A stretch of 53,709 nt of DNA from Terriglobia bacterium (GTDB lineage: Bacteria > Acidobacteriota > Terriglobia > Acidiferrales > 2-02-FULL-67-57), in assembly GCA_046757645.1 (NCBI GenBank), contig JBHHYS010000002.1, forward strand, positions 1 to 53,709, in the 5' to 3' direction. The first letter of the stretch is position 1; every line of letters begins with the position of its first letter. The notes below the pieces were generated by a model. That model saw only the letters and a program-made list of their open reading frames with translations. It was not told the DNA's origin and ran no database searches. Both the position numbers and the translations under genes were made by a program. This document shows positions 8,004-17,626 of the stretch, piece by piece.

Positions 8004-9826
8004 TGGCGCTGACGCTTTCTCCCCAGCTCCAAAACCGGTTTCAACAACTGAAGCAGCGCTACCCGTCGCAGCGCTCAGCCCTGATCCCCATGCTGCTCTT
8101 TGCCCAGGACGAGTTGGGGTGGGTCTCAGACGAACTCATCGCCTATCTGGCCGCGGAGTTGAGCCTGCGGCGGGTGCAGATCGAGGAAACCGTCGCCTAC
8201 TACTCTATGCTCCGCCGCCAGCCCGCGGGTAAGTACCACCTCCAAGTCTGCACCAATGTGGCCTGTGCGTTGCGGGGCGGGCGGGCCATCCTGGAGCACG
8301 TGCGCCGACGCTGCGGCACTGCTCCGAAGACACCCACAGCGGACGGCATCTTCTCCTACGAGGAGGTCGAATGCATCGGGGCCTGCACCGGGGCGCCGGC
8401 TCTCCAGGTCAACTACGACTACTACGAAAACCTGAGCGTGCGGCAGGTGGATGGGCTGATGAACCAGCTTCGCGCCGGCAAGAAACCCCCACCGGCGCCG
8501 TACACCAGCGGGGTGATCCGGGAAAAGCCCCATCCCGCCGAAGTTCGTGTAATTAGCCGCCGCTTCGGTCTCCCCGACTCGGCCAGCATTGACACCTACT
8601 TGAAGCACGAGGGCTACCAGGGGTTGGAGAAGGCGCTGAAGCAAATGACACCCGAGCAAGTCCTCGAAGAGGTCAAGCGCTCGAACCTTCGCGGCCGGGG
8701 CGGTGCCGGCTTCCCCACCGGGATGAAGTGGGGCTTCGTACCCAAGCACACCGGCAAGCCCAACTACATCATCGCCAACGCCGACGAAAGTGAGCCCGGC
8801 ACCTGCAAAGATCGGCCGCTGATGGAGCTCGACCCTCATCAGCTCATCGAAGGCATCCTGCTCGCCGGCCGCGCTGTCAACGCCCACCGAGGCTTCATCT
8901 ACATTCGCGGCGAATATCGCTCGGTGATGGAAATCCTCGACCGGGCCATCGCCGAAGCCTACGAGCGTGGCTATCTGGGAAAGAACATCCTCGGCTCTGG
9001 CTTTGACTTCGCGCTCTCGACACATACCGGGGCGGGCGCCTACGAGTGCGGGGAGGAAAGTGCCCTGATGGAGTCGCTTGAAGGCAAGCGGGGCTACCCG
9101 CGCATCCGTCCGCCCTTCCCTGCGGTTGTCGGCCTATATGGCTGCCCCACAGTGATCAACAACGTGGAAACGCTGTGCAGCGTCCCCAGCATCATTTTGA
9201 AAGGCGGCGAGTGGTACGCCAGCCTGGGCACTCCCAAGAACGGGGGCACCCGCCTGTTTTGCCTTTCGGGCCATGTGAACCGCCCGGGCGTCTATGAGCT
9301 TCCCATGGGTTTCCCCCTGCGACGCATGATCGAAGAAGTCGCCGGCGGTATGCACAATGGAAAGAAGTGCAAGGCGGTTATCCCGGGAGGCTCATCCGTC
9401 CCGGTGCTCACATCGGAGCAGCTCGACACCCCCATGGACTTCGACGGGGTCGCCCGCGCCGGTTCGATGCTGGGCTCGGGGGCGGTGATGGTGATGGACG
9501 AGGACACCTGCATGGTCGAGATTGCCCGACGGATCATGCACTTCTACGCCCACGAGTCCTGCGGGTGGTGCATCCCCTGCCGGGAAGGCACCGCCTGGCT
9601 GCGCAAGATGCTCGATCGCTTCCACGCCGGCGGCGGCCGCGCCGAGGACATAACCCTGCTGAAGGAATTGTCCCAGAATATGTTGGGGAAAACTTTCTGC
9701 CCGCTCGGCGATGCCGCCGCCATGCCTACCATCAGCTTCGTGGACAAATTCCGCGAGGAATTTGAACAGCACCTGCGCACGGGGGAATGCCCGTTTGCCC
9801 GGGGTGCGGCCCTGGTGGCTCGATAA
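8003..9826 (+). CDS. nuoEF: Fused NADH-quinone oxidoreductase subunits E and F
   Basis: 607 aa from the TGATG overlap with nuoD. NuoE part has the 2Fe-2S Cys set (CTNVAC...CIGAC). A Pro/Lys-rich linker follows. NuoF part has GRGGAGFPTGMKW and CGWCIPC...C. Confidence 0.9.
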   Translation: MALTLSPQLQNRFQQLKQRYPSQRSALIPMLLFAQDELGWVSDELIAYLAAELSLRRVQIEETVAYYSMLRRQPAGKYHLQVCTNVACALRGGRAILEHVRRRCGTAPKTPTADGIFSYEEVECIGACTGAPALQVNYDYYENLSVRQVDGLMNQLRAGKKPPPAPYTSGVIREKPHPAEVRVISRRFGLPDSASIDTYLKHEGYQGLEKALKQMTPEQVLEEVKRSNLRGRGGAGFPTGMKWGFVPKHTGKPNYIIANADESEPGTCKDRPLMELDPHQLIEGILLAGRAVNAHRGFIYIRGEYRSVMEILDRAIAEAYERGYLGKNILGSGFDFALSTHTGAGAYECGEESALMESLEGKRGYPRIRPPFPAVVGLYGCPTVINNVETLCSVPSIILKGGEWYASLGTPKNGGTRLFCLSGHVNRPGVYELPMGFPLRRMIEEVAGGMHNGKKCKAVIPGGSSVPVLTSEQLDTPMDFDGVARAGSMLGSGAVMVMDEDTCMVEIARRIMHFYAHESCGWCIPCREGTAWLRKMLDRFHAGGGRAEDITLLKELSQNMLGKTFCPLGDAAAMPTISFVDKFREEFEQHLRTGECPFARGAALVAR

Positions 9827-9831
9827 ATCCA

Positions 9832-12057
9832 ATGGAGCAGTCGCCACAAACGGTCCAGCTCAGCGTTGACGGACGCCCCATCCAAGTGCCGGCGGGCCGC
9901 TTGCTGATCGAAGCCTGCAAGTCGGCTGGCATCGAGGTCCCCTCTTTTTGCTACTACCCGGGGCTCTCCCTCCAGGGGGCTTGCCGGATGTGCCTGGTGG
10001 AAATTGAGAAGGCGCCCAAGCTGCAGACCGCCTGCACCGTAGTCGCTCAACCCGGGATGGTTGTTCGCACAGATACCCCGAAAGTGCGCGAGGCCCGCAA
10101 GGCAATGCTCGAATTCCTGCTCACCAATCACCCCCTCGATTGCCCGGTGTGCGACAAAGGGGGCGAATGCGAGCTGCAGGACATGGTCTTCCGCTACGGC
10201 GCCGCGGAGAGCCGCTTCGCGGAGGAAAAGGAGCACCAACCCGAGCAGCAGTTTTCCTCCATCGTCTTTTTCGACTATCCACGCTGCATCCTCTGCTTCC
10301 GCTGCGTGCGCGTCTGTGACGAAGCCATGGACGTGAAGGCACTGGGCATCGGGCAGCGGGGCGTCCGCTCCACCATCATCCCCAACCGCTCAGACGGGAC
10401 GCTGGAATGCGAAGAGTGCGGGATGTGCATTGACATCTGCCCGGTGGGTGCGCTCACCAGCCATCAGTACCGCTATAAGACGCGACCCTGGGAGATGAAA
10501 TTCGTCGGCACACCCTGCGCCCACTGTGGCGACGGTTGCAAGACCACGCTCAACATTCGCAATAACGAGATCCTCCGCGGGAATAACCGCGACACCACCG
10601 GTATCAACGGCGAATTCCTCTGCATCAAGGGTCGCTATGCCGGGGACTTCGTTCACCACCCCGAGCGGCTGCGGGAGCCCTTGCTCCGCCGCCACGGCCG
10701 TTTGGAGCCTGTCGGTTGGGGTACGGCGCTAGAGTTCGTGGCCCGCCACCTGCAGGAAATTGCCGAACGGTCGGGCGCCGACCGCATCGGGTTTCTCGGC
10801 AGCAATCGCACCACCAACGAAGAGAACTACTTGCTGCAACGCTTTGCGCGCACGGTGGTGGGCACCAACAACCTCGACCACCATCGCACGGCCGACTACG
10901 CCGCCTTCGTGGCCGCCCTCGGCGGCGACACCACACGCTACGCCACCTCCGGCGATCTGACCCAACCCTCCGCCATTCTTCTGGTGGGTAACGACCCCAC
11001 TCACAATCATCCCTTGCTCGCCTATAACATTCGTACCGCGGTGCGCTTGCACGGCGCTCGCCTTTACATCGTCAACGCTGGTGAGATCAAGCTTCGGCGG
11101 CAGGCCTCCCGGTTCGTTCGGGTTCCGCCCGGCCAAGAAGCCGCCGCGGTAGAAAGCCTGCTGGGCGCGGCCACCGAGGTGGAGGGAGAAACGCAGGAGG
11201 CACTCCACCAACTGCGTGCGGCGCTCGAGAAAGAATCCGATGTAATCATCCTCTTCGGAGCGGAGATCTACGCCCGGGCGATTCGCCAGCTGGTTGAGTT
11301 CGGCAACCGCCTTCCCGGCAAAACCCGCTACATTGCGCTCGGGGATTACACGAACTCCCGCGGTGCCGCCGATATGGGTCTCCTGCCCGACCGTCTGCCC
11401 GGCTACGGCTCGGCGGTTGATCCGGCGGCTCGCACCAAGTGGGAACAACTATGGAAAGCGTCACTGCCGCCAGCCCCCGGCCTGAACGCCCGCCAGATGC
11501 TGCAAGAAGGCAAACTGCGCGCCCTCTACGTGGTCGGCTCCAACCCCGCCAAGACTTTCGCTCTGGAGAACACCCGGGGGGCACTGGGCGGGCTCGAGCT
11601 GCTCGTCGTCCACGAACTGTTTCTCACTGAGACCGCGCAGCTCGCGGATGTAGTCCTGCCTACCGCTTGCGCCTACGAAAAGGAAGGCACCTTCACCAAT
11701 ACTTGTGGCGAACTCCAGCGCTTGAAGCGTGCACTGGACCCCGTGGGAGCGCGCCCTGACTTTGAGATTCTCCGCCTGCTCTCCTATGCGATGGGAAAGC
11801 CCATTGGGCTGCGCACCCCGGAAGCGGCGCTCGAGGAGATTCGACAGCACCTCCCCGGGTACCAGGTTTCCTTGGCCTCACTTGTCGGCGGCCAAGCGAC
11901 GCCCACCGCGCCGAGCGACGCTCGGGCCCCGGTGGAGACACCGGCGGGACTGGTTTTTTCCTCCGACGACTCCCTGTTCACCTCGGGAACCCTGGGTCGC
12001 TTCAGTCAAGCGCTCAATTCAGTTCAGGAGCGCACGCTGCCTCGCTCACAGCTATGA
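9832..12057 (+). CDS. nuoG: NADH-quinone oxidoreductase subunit G
   Basis: 741 aa from ATG 9832. N-terminal 2Fe-2S and 4Fe-4S Cys motifs (CRMC, HPLDCPVCDKGGEC, CILCFRCVRVC) plus a molybdopterin-like domain. Confidence 0.95.
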   Translation: MEQSPQTVQLSVDGRPIQVPAGRLLIEACKSAGIEVPSFCYYPGLSLQGACRMCLVEIEKAPKLQTACTVVAQPGMVVRTDTPKVREARKAMLEFLLTNHPLDCPVCDKGGECELQDMVFRYGAAESRFAEEKEHQPEQQFSSIVFFDYPRCILCFRCVRVCDEAMDVKALGIGQRGVRSTIIPNRSDGTLECEECGMCIDICPVGALTSHQYRYKTRPWEMKFVGTPCAHCGDGCKTTLNIRNNEILRGNNRDTTGINGEFLCIKGRYAGDFVHHPERLREPLLRRHGRLEPVGWGTALEFVARHLQEIAERSGADRIGFLGSNRTTNEENYLLQRFARTVVGTNNLDHHRTADYAAFVAALGGDTTRYATSGDLTQPSAILLVGNDPTHNHPLLAYNIRTAVRLHGARLYIVNAGEIKLRRQASRFVRVPPGQEAAAVESLLGAATEVEGETQEALHQLRAALEKESDVIILFGAEIYARAIRQLVEFGNRLPGKTRYIALGDYTNSRGAADMGLLPDRLPGYGSAVDPAARTKWEQLWKASLPPAPGLNARQMLQEGKLRALYVVGSNPAKTFALENTRGALGGLELLVVHELFLTETAQLADVVLPTACAYEKEGTFTNTCGELQRLKRALDPVGARPDFEILRLLSYAMGKPIGLRTPEAALEEIRQHLPGYQVSLASLVGGQATPTAPSDARAPVETPAGLVFSSDDSLFTSGTLGRFSQALNSVQERTLPRSQL

Positions 12058-13298
12058 CCGACTGGATCGCTCGCCATCCCGACCTGGTCGCTGCGGTGAT
12101 CAAGATTGTCGTGGTGCTTTTTGTGCTGCTCACGGGTGTGGCCTACGCGGTTTGGTTCGAACGCAAGCTCATCGCCCACATCCAGTCCCGCTGGGGACCC
12201 CATCGGGTGGGGCCGCACGGCCTGCTGCAGCCCCTCGCCGACGGCCTGAAGCTATTTTTCAAAGAAGCCGTCATCCCGGCCAACGTCACCAGCCGGTTTA
12301 TTTACGTCCTGGCCCCTTTCCTGGCGCTATCCCTGGCATTGCTCGCCATTGCCGTCATTCCCTTCGGCCCCGGAGAATTCGAGCTGCTCGGCACCCGCAC
12401 CGGCCTCTCCATCGCTGACATCAATATCGGCCTGCTCTTCATCTTGGCGGTGACCTCGCTGGGCGTTTACGCCATTGCCCTGGCTGGTTGGTCGTCAAAC
12501 AGTAAGTATCCCTTGCTCGGCGCCCTGCGCAGTTCCGCGCAGATGGTGAGCTACGAACTGGCGCTGACCTTCTCGGTTATTGGCGTGCTCCTCCTGGCCG
12601 GGACACTTTCGCTGCGTGAGATCGTCACCGCGCAGCAGGGCGACTGGTGGGGCCTCGTGCCCCGGTGGTTCATCTTTCCGCAGTTCGTGGCGTTCATCTG
12701 CTTCTTCATCAGCGGCGTGGCAGAAACCAATCGCTTGCCCTTTGACCTGCCCGAGGCGGAAACCGAGTTGGTGGCCGGCTTCCACACCGAGTACAGCAGT
12801 ATGAAATTCGCCATGTTTTTCATGGCCGAGTATGCCCACATCTTCACCACCTCGCTTCTGGCTGCCATTCTCTTCCTGGGCGGTTGGCTGTCGCCCTTCC
12901 CGGAAAACAGCCTCGCCGAATACCTGCCCGCCGTGCTGGCCGCCGCCCTAGGAGTCGTCTTGCTCTTCGACGTTTTTCGTTTACCTCGCCCCCTGCATCG
13001 CTGGCTCGTCGCTGTCATCGGCCTGGCGCTGTTGGGCGCGAGCCTGCTCCTCACCCAACCAACACTGCTGAAGCTGGCGCAAGGTCCATTTTGGCTCTTA
13101 GCTAAAGCCGCCCTTTTTGTTTTCGTCTTCGTGTGGACACGCGGTACCCTGCCCCGTTTCCGCTACAACCAGTTGATGGCCTTCGGGTGGAAGTTTCTGG
13201 TGCCGCTGGCGGTGCTGAACATTGTCGTCACCAGCTTTGTGGTGGCTGGCGGGGTCAGACACATCATCACGGCGGTGTCGGCCTGGGGAGGCGGTTGA
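12054..13298 (+). CDS. nuoH: NADH-quinone oxidoreductase subunit H (operon 1), with internal two-helix insertion
   Basis: 414 aa with ATGA overlap to nuoG. GPHGLLQPLADGLKL, PFDLPEAETELVAGFHTEYS, PRFRYNQLM. Confidence 0.95.
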   Translation: MTDWIARHPDLVAAVIKIVVVLFVLLTGVAYAVWFERKLIAHIQSRWGPHRVGPHGLLQPLADGLKLFFKEAVIPANVTSRFIYVLAPFLALSLALLAIAVIPFGPGEFELLGTRTGLSIADINIGLLFILAVTSLGVYAIALAGWSSNSKYPLLGALRSSAQMVSYELALTFSVIGVLLLAGTLSLREIVTAQQGDWWGLVPRWFIFPQFVAFICFFISGVAETNRLPFDLPEAETELVAGFHTEYSSMKFAMFFMAEYAHIFTTSLLAAILFLGGWLSPFPENSLAEYLPAVLAAALGVVLLFDVFRLPRPLHRWLVAVIGLALLGASLLLTQPTLLKLAQGPFWLLAKAALFVFVFVWTRGTLPRFRYNQLMAFGWKFLVPLAVLNIVVTSFVVAGGVRHIITAVSAWGGG

Positions 13299-13299
13299 C

Positions 13300-13800
13300 A
13301 TGGGCGCTGAGTACTACCTGTTCTTCGTTTTCGGCGGTCTGGCTGTGCTGGGGGCGCTCAACTTGATCATCCAGCGCCACCCCATCCACAGTGCCCTCTC
13401 GCTGATTCTGGTGATGGGCTCGCTGGCCGTGCTCTACCTCTTGCTGGGCGCCGAGTTCATCGCCGCCATCCAGGTCATCGTCTATGCCGGCGCCATTATG
13501 GTGCTGTTTGTCTTTGTGATTATGCTGCTCAATGTCGGCGAGGAGGAGCGCACCGGCCTGAGCCGCACCGCCAAGTACGTAGGCCTGCCCCTGGCAGCCG
13601 TGCTGTTGGTGGAGACAGCTTACCTGCTCTACCGGGCCTGGCCAGCCGATTCCGTCGTCGAGCCCGACCGCTTCGTTGGCCGGACGGAGCCGATCGGGCA
13701 CCTGCTGTTCAAAGACTTTGTTCTGCCATTCGAGTTGACTTCAATCTTGATCCTCATCGCCATCCTCGGCGCGATCGTGCTGGCGAAAAAGGAACTCTAG
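13300..13800 (+). CDS. nuoJ: NADH-quinone oxidoreductase subunit J (operon 1)
   Basis: ATG 13300 is 1 nt after the nuoH stop, so no nuoI lies between H and J. Typical NuoJ TM pattern. Confidence 0.9.
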   Translation: MGAEYYLFFVFGGLAVLGALNLIIQRHPIHSALSLILVMGSLAVLYLLLGAEFIAAIQVIVYAGAIMVLFVFVIMLLNVGEEERTGLSRTAKYVGLPLAAVLLVETAYLLYRAWPADSVVEPDRFVGRTEPIGHLLFKDFVLPFELTSILILIAILGAIVLAKKEL

Positions 13801-13809
13801 CGAGTTGCC

Positions 13810-14112
13810 ATGGTCCCCATCTCCTACTACCTGGTGCTGAGCGCGATTTTGTTCGGGCTCGGCGTGGTGGGTTTTCTTCTCAGGCGGAGCATTATCACCA
13901 TCTTTATGTCCATCGAGCTGATGCTGAACGCGGTCAACCTGGCCTTCGTCGCCTTCTCCTATGCCTGGCAGGAGTTGAGCGGTCAGGTTTTCGTTTTTTT
14001 CGTGATTGTGGTGGCGGCGGCTGAAGCCACGGTGGGCTTGGCGATCATTATCCTCGTCTTTCGCACCCGCGCGTCACTGAACGTGGAACGGATGAACCTG
14101 ATGAAGTTATAG
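13810..14112 (+). CDS. nuoK: NADH-quinone oxidoreductase subunit K (operon 1)
   Basis: 100 aa, 3 [14 protein letters not shown]...[11 protein letters not shown]. Confidence 0.95.
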   Translation: MVPISYYLVLSAILFGLGVVGFLLRRSIITIFMSIELMLNAVNLAFVAFSYAWQELSGQVFVFFVIVVAAAEATVGLAIIILVFRTRASLNVERMNLMKL

Positions 14113-14116
14113 GGTC

Positions 14117-16090
14117 GTGATGCTCGACTTCCTCTGGCTGGTTCCAATCCTGCCCCTGGCGGGCGCCTTTGTGCTTGGCGTGGCTGGCCGGCGGTTGGGG
14201 CAGCGAACCGTCAGTTGGATCGGGGTGGGTTCCGCGGGTCTCTCGTTCGCTGCCGCCCTCGGCGTGGCGATCTCGTTTGCCCAACTGCCGCCCAGCAGTA
14301 TCCCCTTTGTCCCCCCACCCTACTTTACCTGGCTGGAAGCGGGTGCATTCCGCGTGGAGGCCAGCTTTTATCTCGACCAACTCTCCCTGCTGATGATTTT
14401 GGTGGTCACCGGGGTAGGTTTTCTCATCCACATCTATTCGGTCGGCTACATGGCTCGTGAAAGCGGCTACCACCGCTTCTTCGCCTACTTGAACCTGTTT
14501 ATGTTTTTCATGCTCTTGCTGGTGCTGGCCGGCAACTACGTGCTGCTCTTCGTTGGCTGGGAGGGTGTGGCGCTCTGTTCGTACCTGTTGATTGGGTTCT
14601 ACTTCCTGCGTAAGTCTGCGAATGACGCCGGCAAGAAGGCTTTTATTGTGAACCGGGTGGGCGACTTCGGATTCATCCTGGGGCTGCTGTGGCTGTTCAA
14701 GTACTTCGGCAGCGTGAATTTTGTCACCGTCTTCGATCTCGCCGGGCGCATGTCGGTGGAATCCCCGGCACCGGGTCAGGCGAGCGCTCTGACGGCCATC
14801 ACCCTATTGCTGCTCGCGGGGGCCATCGGCAAGTCGGCCCAACTACCGCTCTACGTTTGGCTTCCGGATGCGATGGAAGGCCCCACCCCGGTGAGCGCCC
14901 TCATCCACGCGGCCACCATGGTCGCGGCCGGGGTCTACCTGGTCGCTCGGTCTCACATCCTCTTTGCCCACGCTCCGCTTTCCCTGACGCTGGTGGCGGT
15001 TATCGGCTGCCTGACCGCTTTCTACGCCGCCAGCATTGCCCTGGTGCAGAACGACATCAAGCGCGTGTTGGCCTACTCCACTGTCAGCCAGCTCGGCTAC
15101 ATGTTTCTCGCCCTGGGCGCAGGCGCCTTCGCCGCCGGCATCTTCCACCTGATGACTCACGCCTTCTTCAAGGCGTTGCTCTTCCTGGCCGCGGGCAGCG
15201 TCATCCACGCCATGAACGGCCAGCAGGACATCCGCAAGATGGGCGCGCTCCGCCAGAAAATCCCCGTCACCTACCGGACATTTCTGCTTGCCACGCTCGC
15301 GATTACCGGGATGCCCGGCTTTTCCGGTTTTTTCAGCAAGGATGAAATTCTCTGGCAGACCTTCACCAGCCCCGGCCTATTCCCCGGCAAGGTCGTGCTG
15401 TTGCCGCTGGCGGTAGTGACCGCGATGCTGACTTCATTCTATATGTTCCGCTTGGTCTTCCTCGTGTTTCACAGCGAGGCCCACTACACGCCGGAAACCG
15501 CCCGCCACGTTCACGAATCCCCCCGGGTGATGACCCGGCCGCTCGCTGCCCTGGCCGTTCTCTCCGTCATCGGCGGCTGGGTAGGCATCCCCGCTGCTCT
15601 CGGCGAACACCTGCGAATCCCAAACCTTATCGATCGTTTCTTAGCACCGGTGTTTTCCTCCTCCACGGCTATCCTTCACACCGGCGCGGTGACCCATGCC
15701 CACGGTGAGGAGCTGGTTTTGACGGTGATCACAGTTTTGCTGGCCGTGCTTGGCCTGGCGATCGCCTATACGTTCTACATCCGGAATCCTGAGCTGGCCA
15801 AACAGCTCGCCAACACCTTCCGCGCGCCCTATCAAGTTCTGGTGAACAAATACTACGCGGACGAAATCTATGCCGCCGTGGTGGTGCGCCCTCTACACTG
15901 GCTCTCGCAGCACATCTTCTGGCAGGGCATCGACCTGGGGGTCGTCGACGGTGCGGTGAACGGCGCCGCCGCCCGGGCGCAGGGCTTGGGTGGCTGGGCG
16001 CGGCGGCTACAGTCAGGCAACACGCGCAGCTACGGGGCCTGGGTGGTGGTGGGTGCCTTGGTGGCTCTTTCTTACTTCGTATTTCGCTAG
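14117..16090 (+). CDS. nuoL: NADH-quinone oxidoreductase subunit L (operon 1)
   Basis: 657 aa. GKSAQLPLYVWLPDAMEGPTPVSALIHAATMV. GTG 14117 or ATG 14120. Confidence 0.95.
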   Translation: MMLDFLWLVPILPLAGAFVLGVAGRRLGQRTVSWIGVGSAGLSFAAALGVAISFAQLPPSSIPFVPPPYFTWLEAGAFRVEASFYLDQLSLLMILVVTGVGFLIHIYSVGYMARESGYHRFFAYLNLFMFFMLLLVLAGNYVLLFVGWEGVALCSYLLIGFYFLRKSANDAGKKAFIVNRVGDFGFILGLLWLFKYFGSVNFVTVFDLAGRMSVESPAPGQASALTAITLLLLAGAIGKSAQLPLYVWLPDAMEGPTPVSALIHAATMVAAGVYLVARSHILFAHAPLSLTLVAVIGCLTAFYAASIALVQNDIKRVLAYSTVSQLGYMFLALGAGAFAAGIFHLMTHAFFKALLFLAAGSVIHAMNGQQDIRKMGALRQKIPVTYRTFLLATLAITGMPGFSGFFSKDEILWQTFTSPGLFPGKVVLLPLAVVTAMLTSFYMFRLVFLVFHSEAHYTPETARHVHESPRVMTRPLAALAVLSVIGGWVGIPAALGEHLRIPNLIDRFLAPVFSSSTAILHTGAVTHAHGEELVLTVITVLLAVLGLAIAYTFYIRNPELAKQLANTFRAPYQVLVNKYYADEIYAAVVVRPLHWLSQHIFWQGIDLGVVDGAVNGAAARAQGLGGWARRLQSGNTRSYGAWVVVGALVALSYFVFR

Positions 16091-16099
16091 CGGGATGCG

Positions 16100-17626
16100 A
16101 TGAAGGAACACTGGCTGATAATTGTTACCTTCTTCCCGCTGCTGGGAGCAGTGGTCATCCTTCTGTTTCCCGCCTCTGCCTGGCAAAAACTTCGCCATGT
16201 GGCCCTGGGAGCAGCGCTGGGGGAGCTCGTCCTTGCCCTACCGCTCTTCTTCTGGTTTGACCCCGGCTACGGGGGAATGCAATTTTTCGAGCAGCACGTG
16301 TGGATTGAATCCCCACTCATCCTCTACCAGGTCGGCATTGACGGCCTGAGCCTTTTCCTGATTCTCCTCACCGCCGTCCTCACCCCGCTGGCCGTGCTGG
16401 CCTCCTGGGGCATCACCCACCGAGTGAAGGAATTCTTCGTCCTTTTCCTAGTGCTCGAGACGGGGATGCTGGGTGTTTTCGTTTCCCTCGATCTCTTTCT
16501 CTTCTACGTCTTCTGGGAAGTGATGCTGATCCCGATGTACTTCATCATCGGGGTCTGGGGCCACGAGCGACGCCTGTACGCCGCCCTCAAGTTCATTCTT
16601 TACACCCTGACGGGCTCGTTGCTGATGCTGGTAGCCATCATCTGGCTCTACCAAGCCACCGGGACCTTCAACCTCCAGTGGCTGATCGAAGCCCGCCTGC
16701 AGGGCGGTTTGCTCCTCTCGCCCACGCAGGAGCGCTGGCTCTTCCTGGCCTTCTTCCTGGCCTTTGCCGTCAAGGTGCCGCTCTTTCCGTTTCATACCTG
16801 GCTGCCCGACGCCCACGTGGAGGCGCCCACGGCTGGCTCGGTGATCTTGGCCGGCGTGCTTCTAAAGATGGGTGCCTATGGCCTGCTGCGCTTCTGCCTG
16901 CCGCTGTTTCCTAACGCCGCCAAAGAATTCGCACCCGCCATCTCCGCCCTGGCGGTGATTGGCATCCTCTACGGCGCCTTGGTGTCCCTGGTGCAACCCG
17001 ACATGAAGAAGCTCATCGCGTATTCGTCCGTTAGCCACATGGGCTTCGTCGTTCTGGGGATCATGTCAATGAGTGTGATTGGCATCGAGGGAGCGATTTT
17101 CCTGATGCTGGCTCACGGATTGTCCACCGGCGTTCTCTTCCTGATTTCCGGGATGCTTTACGAGCGTCGCCACACCCACCTGATCCGGGAATTCGGCGGT
17201 CTGGCGACGTCTGTGCCGGTGCTCTCCAGCTTTCTCATGCTGGCTTGCCTCTCCTCGCTGGGGCTGCCGGGACTGGCCAACTGGGTGGGAGAATTCCTGG
17301 TTCTGGTGGGCGTTTTTCGGACCAGCGCCAGCCAAGCTGCGTTGGCGGCCTTCGGAGTCGTGTTGGCCGCCGTGTATCTGCTCTGGATGTACCAGCGTGT
17401 GGTCTTCGGCGAGTTCACCAAAGAGGTCAATCGTACCCTGCCCGACGCCTCCCGGCGCGAGCTCGCTATCCTGATTCCCGCGACTGTTCTGATCGTTCTC
17501 CTGGGTGTGGCGTCCCCGCTCTTCACCCGGCGGATGGAACCCACAGCCGAGCGCATCCGCTTTCAGGTGGAACCACCCCACCCGGAGCTGGCGCAGTCGC
17601 GTGAAGTTGTCGAGGGCAAGCAATGA
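16100..17626 (+). CDS. nuoM: NADH-quinone oxidoreductase subunit M (operon 1)
   Basis: 508 aa. FAVKVPLFPFHTWLPDAHVEAPTAGSVILAGVLLKMG. Confidence 0.95.
   Translation: MKEHWLIIVTFFPLLGAVVILLFPASAWQKLRHVALGAALGELVLALPLFFWFDPGYGGMQFFEQHVWIESPLILYQVGIDGLSLFLILLTAVLTPLAVLASWGITHRVKEFFVLFLVLETGMLGVFVSLDLFLFYVFWEVMLIPMYFIIGVWGHERRLYAALKFILYTLTGSLLMLVAIIWLYQATGTFNLQWLIEARLQGGLLLSPTQERWLFLAFFLAFAVKVPLFPFHTWLPDAHVEAPTAGSVILAGVLLKMGAYGLLRFCLPLFPNAAKEFAPAISALAVIGILYGALVSLVQPDMKKLIAYSSVSHMGFVVLGIMSMSVIGIEGAIFLMLAHGLSTGVLFLISGMLYERRHTHLIREFGGLATSVPVLSSFLMLACLSSLGLPGLANWVGEFLVLVGVFRTSASQAALAAFGVVLAAVYLLWMYQRVVFGEFTKEVNRTLPDASRRELAILIPATVLIVLLGVASPLFTRRMEPTAERIRFQVEPPHPELAQSREVVEGKQ

Noticed and set aside
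14873-14901. An identical 29-nt run shared by nuoL1 (14873-14901) and nuoL2 (25442-25470, opposite strand). I considered it as a repeat or gene-conversion tract.
   Set aside because: It encodes the invariant MEGPTPVSAL motif with the same GC-biased codons. Flanking sequence diverges immediately, so it reflects purifying selection plus codon bias.
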